Positions 57,201-64,000 of a DNA stretch of 64,000 bases are shown one piece after another. A program made the position numbers and the translations under genes. Source of the stretch: Thermoplasmata archaeon. GTDB lineage: Archaea > Thermoplasmatota > E2 > JACPAO01 > JAHFTW01. The DNA is taken from contig JAXDQS010000003.1 of assembly GCA_034667725.1 (NCBI GenBank), positions 352,001-416,000 on the forward strand, in the 5' to 3' direction. The notes beneath the pieces are model-generated. The model was not told where the DNA came from. It searched no databases and saw only the letters and a list, made by a program, of their open reading frames with translations. Positions within the stretch are counted from its first letter, which is position 1; each line of letters opens with the position of its first letter.

Positions 57201-58785
57201 CGGAGGTCGAGGAGCCGCCGATGAAGATGGGAATGGCGAACTGGCCGTCGCCGTGCTGGGTGGTCCGCCAGGTGGCGCTCATGCTGATGGTCTGCGCCGT
57301 CGTGAGCGTGGAGCCCAGCGACCGGCTGACGACCTCGTCCCAGGGGTCGTCCTTGTAGGACATCACCCGCAGCGCCTTCGCGGACGAGCTCCACGAGATT
57401 TCGCTGTAGGTCTGGTAGGCCTCCTTGGTGAAGCCGTCCGCGCTGCTGGCGAAGCTGGCGGTCATGGTGCTGAAGTGCGGCATCTCGACGTAGTAGGCGT
57501 CGTCGTCCTCGGTGAACGGCAGGACGTGGCCGTCGTCGTTGGTGAAGCGGACGCTCCACAGGCCCATGCCGTCGAGCCACTTCCGGTTGAGGCGGACCTG
57601 CTGGCCGGAGTGGTCCACGCCGTCGAAGCCCAGCACGAGGTTGCCCGCGGGGGGCGCGGCCACCAAGGTGCGGGTGGCGGGCGGGGACGGGAAGGCCTCG
57701 TTGGAGATGTCGAGGCGGGTGTCCGGCGGCGACGAGGGCGCGGCCGGCATGGACAGGAGGCTGATTTTCATGGCGCGGTCGGCGAGCTGGACCGACGCCG
57801 TGGAGCCCAGCGTGTACGCGCCGGCCGGGCCGCCAAAGGGGGACGAGACGTACAGCCAGGAGGAGGAGCTCGGGGAGTCGAAGAAGCGCAGGAACGTCGT
57901 GCCGATGCTGGGGAGCACCTCGAAGGCATGGGCAGAGGCCAACGACAGGGAGGGCGGGACCACGATGGCGGCGAGGTCGTAGAGCTGGACGTCGGGGCTG
58001 CTGGGCACGAGGCCGCGCATGGCGCCGCTGGCGGCGAGCTGCTGGGCCGCCTGCCAAGCCTGGTCGGGCAGGTGCTGGACCATGCCGATGGCGGCCTGGC
58101 CGGGCACGTCGGAGGGAATCTCGACCGCGCCGTTGACCGTCGTGATCTCGACGTGGGCGGCGGCCTCGAAGACCGCGGCCTTGACGTCCAAGGGCATCGT
58201 GTATTCGATGGCGGCGGGCCCGCGCACCATGGGGACGACGGCGCGCTGCTGCAGCAGGTTGTCGCCCTCGGAGACCTCGGTGGCCTCGTTGGCCGAGTCC
58301 GCAAAGGCCTCGAAACTGTGCAGGCCGGGATGCCAGGTGGGCCACTGGACGGGGACGGCCTGGGAGGCCCCGGCGGGGATCGTGATGTCGGGAACCGTGG
58401 CAATGAAGATCGCCGGGCCGACCACGGGATAGACCGAGAACCGGACATCGATGCCGACCGCGGCCTGGAAGCCATCGTTGGCCACCTCGGCCAGGACGGC
58501 GACGCCTGCGGCCGTCTGGCGCAGCTCGATGCCGCGCACGGCCAGGTTGGGGCCCGTCGTGGCGGCCGCGGCCAGCTCCTCCAGCGTGGGCACCGGGGGC
58601 GCATCGACCGACGGCTGGAGGCCGAGCAGGTTCTGCTCCTGGCCCTCGAGGAAGCGGGGGGCGTCCTGGACCTCACGGGCCACATCGTCGGGGCTGATGG
58701 CGTTCGCGAACGACGGGACGCACATCAGAAACAACAGGATGCAAGCAACGGCGACGCGCCGCGACGAGGGCGGAAGGGACGGCAT
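54205..58785 (-). CDS. Large secreted multidomain surface protein (CARDB-like, Ig/cadherin-like, PKD, DxDGDG repeats, C-terminal CLCA-like zinc protease)
   Basis: Signal peptide; PNLAV..EVSEGDN; EDT..NYNGADSFTF; WNWDDG..H.Y; DTDGDGL; HEWGHFAFFLHEEY. Confidence 0.85.
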   Translation of the reverse strand: MPSLPPSSRRVAVACILLFLMCVPSFANAISPDDVAREVQDAPRFLEGQEQNLLGLQPSVDAPPVPTLEELAAAATTGPNLAVRGIELRQTAAGVAVLAEVANDGFQAAVGIDVRFSVYPVVGPAIFIATVPDITIPAGASQAVPVQWPTWHPGLHSFEAFADSANEATEVSEGDNLLQQRAVVPMVRGPAAIEYTMPLDVKAAVFEAAAHVEITTVNGAVEIPSDVPGQAAIGMVQHLPDQAWQAAQQLAASGAMRGLVPSSPDVQLYDLAAIVVPPSLSLASAHAFEVLPSIGTTFLRFFDSPSSSSWLYVSSPFGGPAGAYTLGSTASVQLADRAMKISLLSMPAAPSSPPDTRLDISNEAFPSPPATRTLVAAPPAGNLVLGFDGVDHSGQQVRLNRKWLDGMGLWSVRFTNDDGHVLPFTEDDDAYYVEMPHFSTMTASFASSADGFTKEAYQTYSEISWSSSAKALRVMSYKDDPWDEVVSRSLGSTLTTAQTISMSATWRTTQHGDGQFAIPIFIGGSSTSAPIEDGNAAYLWYESGSPSALPVYHLGYIDRYGNQRIHAHCTPTSLSGPTYTFRMTYSPSSRVMTLALDEGSTTCGSGSYTVTSSSDFSFTKVGVTTYGYGGSITPAVIGYTDNVAVSWTTGSSSGAGGSSPCTFCYGPPSTTTTSAPPPSPTAPVAHDGAYTLNEDTSKTMTLSATSAATATYSIVRNPYYGTVSGSGATRTYTPTANYNGADSFTFKACAGSLCSNVGTVTLTIAAVNDPPVANFRVVSQTGIGGYKVSVDAVNYAPDVTKDADDPTSTLTFTWNWDDGSSSPGPTATHDYACPPPPSRDFNIRLVAKDPSGASSAPFQRTVTVTNANTDTDLLGNCREGQIGTNPTNPDTDGDGLMDHEEDQGWNPPHGPGATPADMFPTIGKFFTDPNRWDSDGDGLGDKYEAYDLGTYPTNKAQLASGTMTTALLAVDRDGDGVNDRHDADPQTKLSVTIRMLGFQDLSHTVDDGSEIDAYYKVEVVGVATQDNEGDSVDNTPTRRDFQKDFVFDTPDDAYSVVHIDLIDVDSGVSGADDQMDISVSNSECVIVYDPWSGEWYGDDEPRGGGTSYFDPNGYGHCSGAEDGMPSGSDEGEVWFHAFQGGASGAAGADGDFLPFYYEYDRRPTATLGQFWTDLTPFTPDDGDDIDIHRTSSVAQGDGLTNLQEYKLGLDPLWKDVNAMPLTIAVNGPGDATWKASLKEAVQQANDLLWDLTDGRFLFGPVKVQMSASTGEWDDADVRIWTGTNTDSTGSCTGGGFEAGTAWFGGIQSGGNDAPIEMPYLVNGHNPGDDIWPNMLVHEWGHFAFFLHEEYVQFDNGGHGQCGAWCPPSIMGASAIPNPRDATEFSRDADYAAGGPCNQDAIQWRFYGAAYNEPAGTAYTPEQTGLMPGAPGYATAYADVAAYLDGYRFKDAPAPNIAPSTWRMIFDHYHDNTWPAGSAYAKELDFDLDGSAGSVSNRAGWDGAYTATAAAAGPFDAVRYIPTCTGC

Positions 58786-58961
58786 CGCGCCAACGACTCT
58801 GCGGGCTTACTTCAGGCTTGGTGTCGCTTTGTTCCTCCGCAACGGCAAAGCTGGCGCAGTAGGCTTGCCGTCTCTGCGGCCTGCCCGAGAGCACCAAGGC
58901 CTGCCAGGTCCGCTCGTCCGGGCCCGGGCTCCCTTTCCCCGCTCCCATTTCCCCGACCGAG

Positions 58962-59035
58962 TGGGCCCGGCCGGAATCGAACCGGCGGCCTGCGCTTTGT
59001 AAGAGCGCCGTCATGGACCGCTAGACCACGGGCCC
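58962..59035 (-). tRNA. tRNA-Val(TAC)
   Basis: GGGCCCGTGGTCTAGCGGTCCATGACGGCGCTCTTACAAAGCGCAGGCCGCCGGTTCGATTCCGGCCGGGCCCA. Confidence 0.95.
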
Positions 59036-59076
59036 GCGCTCGCGGCACCTGGCCGGCGCGATAAAACGCGGCCGGG

Positions 59077-59738
59077 TCAGGCGCGGCGGGCCGCGGCGGG
59101 CTCCTTGGCGGGCTCCAGCGCGTGGGTGGCGGGGCCGCGCCGCACCTTGCCGTCGGGCGCGAAGCGCGACCCGTGGCACGGGCAGTCCCAGCTTTGCTTC
59201 GCCGTGTTCCAGCCGACGATGCAGCCCATGTGGGAGCAGGCGGCGGACACGGCGTGCAAGGCGCCGTCGCGGCTCCGGCAGACCGCGACCTTGTCGAGGC
59301 CGTGGTTCATGACGCGGCCTTCGCCGGGCGCCAGCTCGCCGGCCAGGTGGTGCTGGAGGCGCTGCCCGACGAGGCCTTCGAGGCTTTTCCCGGCCTCGCG
59401 GTAGAGGGCGGGGCGGGCAAGCTGCTTGAGGGCGCGGGCGGCGTGGAACGGGCCGTACGGCTCGCCCCAGGGGCTCTTGTCCTTGAGGACGAGGTCCGTG
59501 AGGATCATGGCGGCGAAGGTGCCTTGCGTCATGCCCCTGTGACCCCTTCGAGGATGTGGCCGCGGTCCACCAGCACGACCGACTTGCCCTCCCGCGCCAG
59601 CAGGTAGGCGGCGGTGACGCCGACGATGCCGGCCCCGACGATGGCGACGTCCGCCTCCGCCATGCCCGAAAGCGGCGGCCGCGGGCCGGAGGGCGCGGTC
59701 GCGATCCACAGCGATTTGTGGGCGCCAGGGAGCTCCAC
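59077..59738 (-). pseudogene. Internally deleted YhfW-like FAD oxidoreductase/Rieske gene: N-fragment 59529-59738 and Rieske fragment 59077-59532
   Basis: SLW...DVAIVGAGIVG jumps out of frame to GMTQGT...CSHMGC...DCPCHGSRF. Confidence 0.8.
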
Positions 59739-59821
59739 GCCACCGCCCCCTTCGGTCCAATATCGGCGGCCCGATCGCGGCAAAAAAGGTCATGTCGGCA
59801 GCCCCCTTTGCGCCCTGGTCC

Positions 59822-60523
59822 ATGGACGGCTTCGTCATCCGCGCCGACCGCCTGGAGCGCGTCTATGGGAGCCAGCCCAGCCAGGAGGCCGCGTTGCGCG
59901 GCGTCGACTTCCGCGTCCGCCCCGGCGAGATGGTCGCCATCATGGGCCCTAGCGGCTGCGGCAAGACGACGCTCTTGAACTGCCTCTCCGGCCTCGACAC
60001 GCCCACCAAGGGCACGGTGGTCTTGGCCGGCCAGTCCCTCGGCGCCTTGCGCGAGCCGCGGCTCACGCGCCACCGCGCCCGTTCGGCCGGCTTCATCTTC
60101 CAGGCCTACAACCTGATTCCGGTCCTCACCGTCGAGGAGAACGTCATGCTGCCGCTGGTCACGGCCGGCATCAAGGAGGCGGAGGCCCGGCCCAGGGCGC
60201 GCGACCTGCTGGCCCGCCTCGGCATGGCTGGCCTCGAGGGCCGCCTGCCGTCGGAGCTGTCGGGGGGCGAGCAGCAGCGCGTCGCCATCGCGCGCGCCTT
60301 GGTGGCCAAGCCCGCGGTCGTGTTCGCGGACGAGCCGACCGGCAACCTCGACAGCGCCCGCGCCGCCGCCCTCCTGGACCTGCTGCGCGCCGCCAACCGC
60401 GACGGGCAGACCTTCGTCATCGTGACCCACGACGCCCAGGTCGCGGCGGCGTGCGGCCGCGTGGTCCGGATGGCGGACGGCCGCATCGTCGGCGACGACG
60501 GGCGCGACGGGCAGGCGGCCTGA
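59822..60523 (+). CDS. ABC transporter ATP-binding protein (LolD/MacB type)
   Basis: GPSGCGKT, LSGGEQQRVAIARA, ADEPTGNLD, VTHD. Confidence 0.95.
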   Translation: MDGFVIRADRLERVYGSQPSQEAALRGVDFRVRPGEMVAIMGPSGCGKTTLLNCLSGLDTPTKGTVVLAGQSLGALREPRLTRHRARSAGFIFQAYNLIPVLTVEENVMLPLVTAGIKEAEARPRARDLLARLGMAGLEGRLPSELSGGEQQRVAIARALVAKPAVVFADEPTGNLDSARAAALLDLLRAANRDGQTFVIVTHDAQVAAACGRVVRMADGRIVGDDGRDGQAA

Positions 60524-63500
60524 TGGCCCGCCGGGGCGGCCTGGTCCGGTTGCCGATGCTGGCCCGCCTCGCGGCCCGCTACGCCCGGCGGCACCGCGCC
60601 CAGACGGTGCGGGCGGTCCTCGGGCTCTTGGTCGTGTCGCTCATCCTGACCGTGGGCATGGGCCTCGGCGACTCGTTGCAGGCCTCCTTGGGCCAGTCGG
60701 TCGAGACCCGGTTCGGCCCGGTCGATGTCGTGGTGCGCGGCCCGCCGCAGTTCAATGCCACCTTGCTGCCCGAGCTGGAGCAGGTCGCCGGCGTCCAAGG
60801 CGTCCCGACCCTCGTCGTGGTGGGCTCCGCGAGCAACCCGCGCAGCGCACGGGCGGAGGCGTTCGCGTCGCTGCGCGGCGTCGATTCCAAAGAGCCCGCC
60901 CTGCTCGGCCCTCTGCCCGGCGGCGTGGCGGAGCCCGGCCCGGGCGAGGTGGTGCTGTCGGCCGGCCTGGCGACCCGCCTCGACGCCCAGCCTGGGGACC
61001 TGCTGACGCTGCGCCTGCTGCCGCAGGACCTGAACGAGACCCTCGGCATCCAGGCCACGACGGCCGCGGGCAACCTGACGGCAGGCGGCCGCGTCGAGGT
61101 GCCGTTCACGGTCGGCGCCGGCGCGCTCGGCGTGCTGGCCAACGCCGACGGGGCCGGGCTGGAGGCCGCGCTCCGGTCGCCCACCGGGCAGATCCACCCC
61201 GCCGAGCAGGGGGAGGTGCGCGTCCTCGGGCAGGTGGCGGCCGGCGGCTGGAACCTCACCCTCACGGCGTCGGCGGCAACAAGCTACGAGGCGGTCGTGC
61301 GGGTCGGCTACACGCCGCCCGACCTGGAGGCGCTCGTGGTGGTGCTCAACGCCACCGTGGCCGGGATCGCGCCGACCGAAGGCCGCGCCGCCATCACGCC
61401 CCGCCCCGGCGCCCTGCTGCCGCTGGCCGACCTGGAGGCCGCGCTGGGCCAGACGGGCCTGGCGTCGCACGCCTACTTCACGGCGCCCGGGCCCGGCGAG
61501 GCCGTCCGCGCCGCCGAGGCGCTGCGGGCGCACCTCGACAACCGCACCTGGCGCGCCGACGCCGTCAAGGAGGACGCCGTCACCCGGATCCGCACCGAGG
61601 CCGGGCAGGTGACGGGCTTCATCCTGGTCATGGGCGGCTTCACCATGGTCGCGAGCATGCTGCTGGCCTACGTGCTGTTCAGCTCCTTGGTGGAGGAGCG
61701 CCGCGTCGAGCTCGGCATCGCGCGCGCCCTCGGGCTCACCCGCGGCGAGGTCGGCCTCGCCATGCTGCTGGAGGCGCTGCTCTACTCCGTCCTTGCCGCC
61801 GTCGCCGGCGTCGTCGCGGGCCTCGGCCTGCTGCTGGCGCTCCAGCCGGTGGCCAACGGCTACTCGGCGCAGTTCAACGGCCCGCCGCTGTTCTTGCACC
61901 TTGAGCCGAACACCGTCCCGCTCGCGTTGGCCGGCGGCGTCCTGCTGCCGCTTGCGACCATCGCCCTCGGCACGCTGCGCTTCACCCGCCTCGACCCGTC
62001 GCGCGCCATCCGCGGCTCCCCCGAGGACGTCCGGGTCCACCGCCGCCTCGCCGACGTCGCTGGCTGGCTCCTGTTGGCCTTCGGCCTCGCCCTCCTGCTG
62101 GACCCGCTCGGCCGGCTCGTCGGCATGGGCGTCGCCGCCGCGGGTGCCGCGACCTTGCTGCTGGCCGCCCGCCGCCGCGGCTGGGCCGCCGTCGCCGCCC
62201 TCGCCGGCATCGCCGCCACCGCCTGGACGCTCTACACGTTCGAGGAGTTCCCCCGCCTGCGCCGCGACCTCGACCCGGTGTTCACCATGCTGCGCGCCCT
62301 CATGCTGGCCCTGCTGTTGGCGACCCTCGCGGTGTGCTCGCCGCGGCCGTTTGGCGCCGCCGGCCGTCTGTTCGCGCGCGTCGCGGGGCTGCGCCGCGCC
62401 GCCTACGCCGCGTTCCGCTACCTCGGTGCCCGCCGCGTCCAGGCCGGCCTCACCGCCGCCATGGTCGCGGTCGTCGCCGTCGTCGTCACCGTCATGGGCA
62501 CGCTTGCCGCCGTGTTCGCGGGCACGCTCGTGACCCAGGAAGCCGGCTACGACCTGATCGGCCAAAGCCCGTTCCCGCTCACCACCTTCCCGCGGCCCTT
62601 GGACCCCGCCGACGCGGCCGGCATCGCGCGGGCCGACTTCGTCGCGGTCCACAACCCGTTCGGCGGCGCCCGCGTCCTGTTCGAGGGCGAGCCGTTCCGC
62701 GAAGGCCGCTTCGTCCGCTTCGGCGGCGTGACCCCCGGCTTCGCCGGCGCCAACGAGTACCAGTTGAGCGACCGCGACGCCCGCTACCCGAGCGACCGCG
62801 CGGCATGGGAGGCCGTCGCCCGCGGCGAGGCCGCCCTGCCGCCGTCGTGGTACTTCGGCAACGGCGAGCTGGAGGTCGGCGGCACGCTCCAGGTCGGCGC
62901 CGGCGCCGGCGAGCGCAGCTACGTGGTCGCGGGCGCCATCGCCAACGCGCGCCGCGGCGAGATTTTCCTGGCCCACGACCACGTGCGCGGCATGGGCTTC
63001 CCGCAGTCGGCCATCGTGTTCGTGCGGGTGGCGCCCGGCACCGACCCGGCGCGGCTGGCGCACAGCCTCACCGACGCCTACCAGGCGGACGGCCTCGCCT
63101 TCGAGAGTGTTGCGGAGGAGGCGCAGGAGGCCGCCGACCTGCTGCAGGCGAGCATCCTCATCGTGCAGGCGTTCCTGTTCCTCGGCGTCTTCGTCGGCAT
63201 CGCCTCCACCGGCTTCCTGGCCGCGCGCGCCGTCCACGAGCGCATGCGCGAGATCGGCACGCTCCGGGCCCTCGGCTACGAGGAAACCGACGTCCGGCGC
63301 GCCTTCGTGCTGGAGTCCACCGTCGTGGCCGCCCTCGGGCTCCTGCTCGGGACCGCAGTCGGCCTGCTGGTGGCGCACAGCATCTGGTGGCGCACGGTGC
63401 GGCAGGGCGCCGGCCCGTTCAACGTCCCGTGGGACGTGCTGGCGGTCTTCTGGGCGGCCGTGCTGCTGCTCACGGCACTGGCGTCGTGGAGCCCGACCCG

Positions 63501-63549
63501 GCGCGCCGCCCGCCTCGACCCGGCCGCGGCGCTACGCCACGTCGAGTAG
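60523..63549 (+). CDS. FtsX-like ABC permease (tandem-duplicated)
   Basis: ERRVELGIARALG, ERMREIGTLRALG, RAARLDPAAALR. Confidence 0.92.
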   Translation: MARRGGLVRLPMLARLAARYARRHRAQTVRAVLGLLVVSLILTVGMGLGDSLQASLGQSVETRFGPVDVVVRGPPQFNATLLPELEQVAGVQGVPTLVVVGSASNPRSARAEAFASLRGVDSKEPALLGPLPGGVAEPGPGEVVLSAGLATRLDAQPGDLLTLRLLPQDLNETLGIQATTAAGNLTAGGRVEVPFTVGAGALGVLANADGAGLEAALRSPTGQIHPAEQGEVRVLGQVAAGGWNLTLTASAATSYEAVVRVGYTPPDLEALVVVLNATVAGIAPTEGRAAITPRPGALLPLADLEAALGQTGLASHAYFTAPGPGEAVRAAEALRAHLDNRTWRADAVKEDAVTRIRTEAGQVTGFILVMGGFTMVASMLLAYVLFSSLVEERRVELGIARALGLTRGEVGLAMLLEALLYSVLAAVAGVVAGLGLLLALQPVANGYSAQFNGPPLFLHLEPNTVPLALAGGVLLPLATIALGTLRFTRLDPSRAIRGSPEDVRVHRRLADVAGWLLLAFGLALLLDPLGRLVGMGVAAAGAATLLLAARRRGWAAVAALAGIAATAWTLYTFEEFPRLRRDLDPVFTMLRALMLALLLATLAVCSPRPFGAAGRLFARVAGLRRAAYAAFRYLGARRVQAGLTAAMVAVVAVVVTVMGTLAAVFAGTLVTQEAGYDLIGQSPFPLTTFPRPLDPADAAGIARADFVAVHNPFGGARVLFEGEPFREGRFVRFGGVTPGFAGANEYQLSDRDARYPSDRAAWEAVARGEAALPPSWYFGNGELEVGGTLQVGAGAGERSYVVAGAIANARRGEIFLAHDHVRGMGFPQSAIVFVRVAPGTDPARLAHSLTDAYQADGLAFESVAEEAQEAADLLQASILIVQAFLFLGVFVGIASTGFLAARAVHERMREIGTLRALGYEETDVRRAFVLESTVVAALGLLLGTAVGLLVAHSIWWRTVRQGAGPFNVPWDVLAVFWAAVLLLTALASWSPTRRAARLDPAAALRHVE

Positions 63550-64000
63550 CGCCGGCAGCGCCACGCGCAGCCCGCCGAACTCTGCGACCCCCGAGGGCGC
63601 CGGCGCCGCGGCGTAGAGCGCGTGGTGGCCTGCGACCGCGAGCCGCAGCGTCTCGCCTGCGCGCAGGCGCAGCGCCACGGGCGCCAGGTCGAAGGCGAAC
63701 GGCTGCGGCGAGCCGGAAGGCACGACGCGCTGCGGCATGGCTTGGCCGTTGGCGGCGCGCGCGTGCCCTTCGGCGTCGACCGCCTCCAGCGACCAGTAGA
63801 CCACGCCGCTTGCCGCGGTGGGCGCGACGGTGCCTTCCAACCGCGGGACGCCGACGAGGGCCCCGTCCCCGCCGGCGGGCCGGACGGGCGTCGCGGCGCG
63901 CGCCGTCATGTTGCCGACCTGGAGCCGAAGCGGATCGGCGGGATGCGTGGCGTGGTTCGGCTCGGGCAACGCAGGGAGGGTGAGGACGCCGCCGCCGTCG
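63532..64000 (-). CDS. C-terminal part of a probable CocE/NonD-type hydrolase (5' part outside window)
   Basis: GVPRLE...FDLAPVALRLRAGETLRLAV, resembling the C-terminus of the 32430 protein. Confidence 0.65.
   Translation of the reverse strand, partial: DGGGVLTLPALPEPNHATHPADPLRLQVGNMTARAATPVRPAGGDGALVGVPRLEGTVAPTAASGVVYWSLEAVDAEGHARAANGQAMPQRVVPSGSPQPFAFDLAPVALRLRAGETLRLAVAGHHALYAAAPAPSGVAEFGGLRVALPALLDVA

Noticed and set aside
52720-58961. Integrated mobile element at tRNA-Val
   Set aside because: No integrase, and no duplicated tRNA 3' end (att) seen at the other border

Overview
GC-rich archaeal chromosomal segment, most consistent with an uncultured Thermoplasmatota lineage. This is an inference from CCA-less archaeal-type tRNAs, archaeal ProRS, a COG2108-like radical SAM protein, TATA-like boxes about 25-30 nt before leaderless starts, and an 11-subunit complex I. 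Core genes: nfo, ahpC, gdhA, NifU-like, nuoA-D/H-N (no NuoEFG) with a divergent MidA/NDUFAF7-type methyltransferase, bacterial-type topA, proS, methylmalonyl-CoA mutase B12 subunit plus meaB, acyl-CoA dehydrogenase, ahcY plus PfkB kinase, pyrBI, and three tRNAs (Gly-TCC, Gln-CTG, Val-TAC). There are also a PlsC acyltransferase, a fatty-acid desaturase, many secreted or lipoprotein hydrolases, a 1526-aa surface metalloprotease and an ABC exporter. The most striking unexplained signals are: (i) a dispersed modular palindromic repeat family built on a 9-nt CACNGAnnn grammar, sitting just after stop codons at nine loci, with an invariant module and inverted-repeat ends; (ii) an exact 107-bp-period structured repeat array fused to the tRNA-Gly 3' end, with compensatory base changes; (iii) a ~104-nt candidate structured ncRNA upstream of proS; (iv) a tRNA-Gln whose 3' end lies 1 nt from the pyrB start, followed by a PyrI lacking its zinc domain. 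All calls come from reading the sequence; no searches were run.
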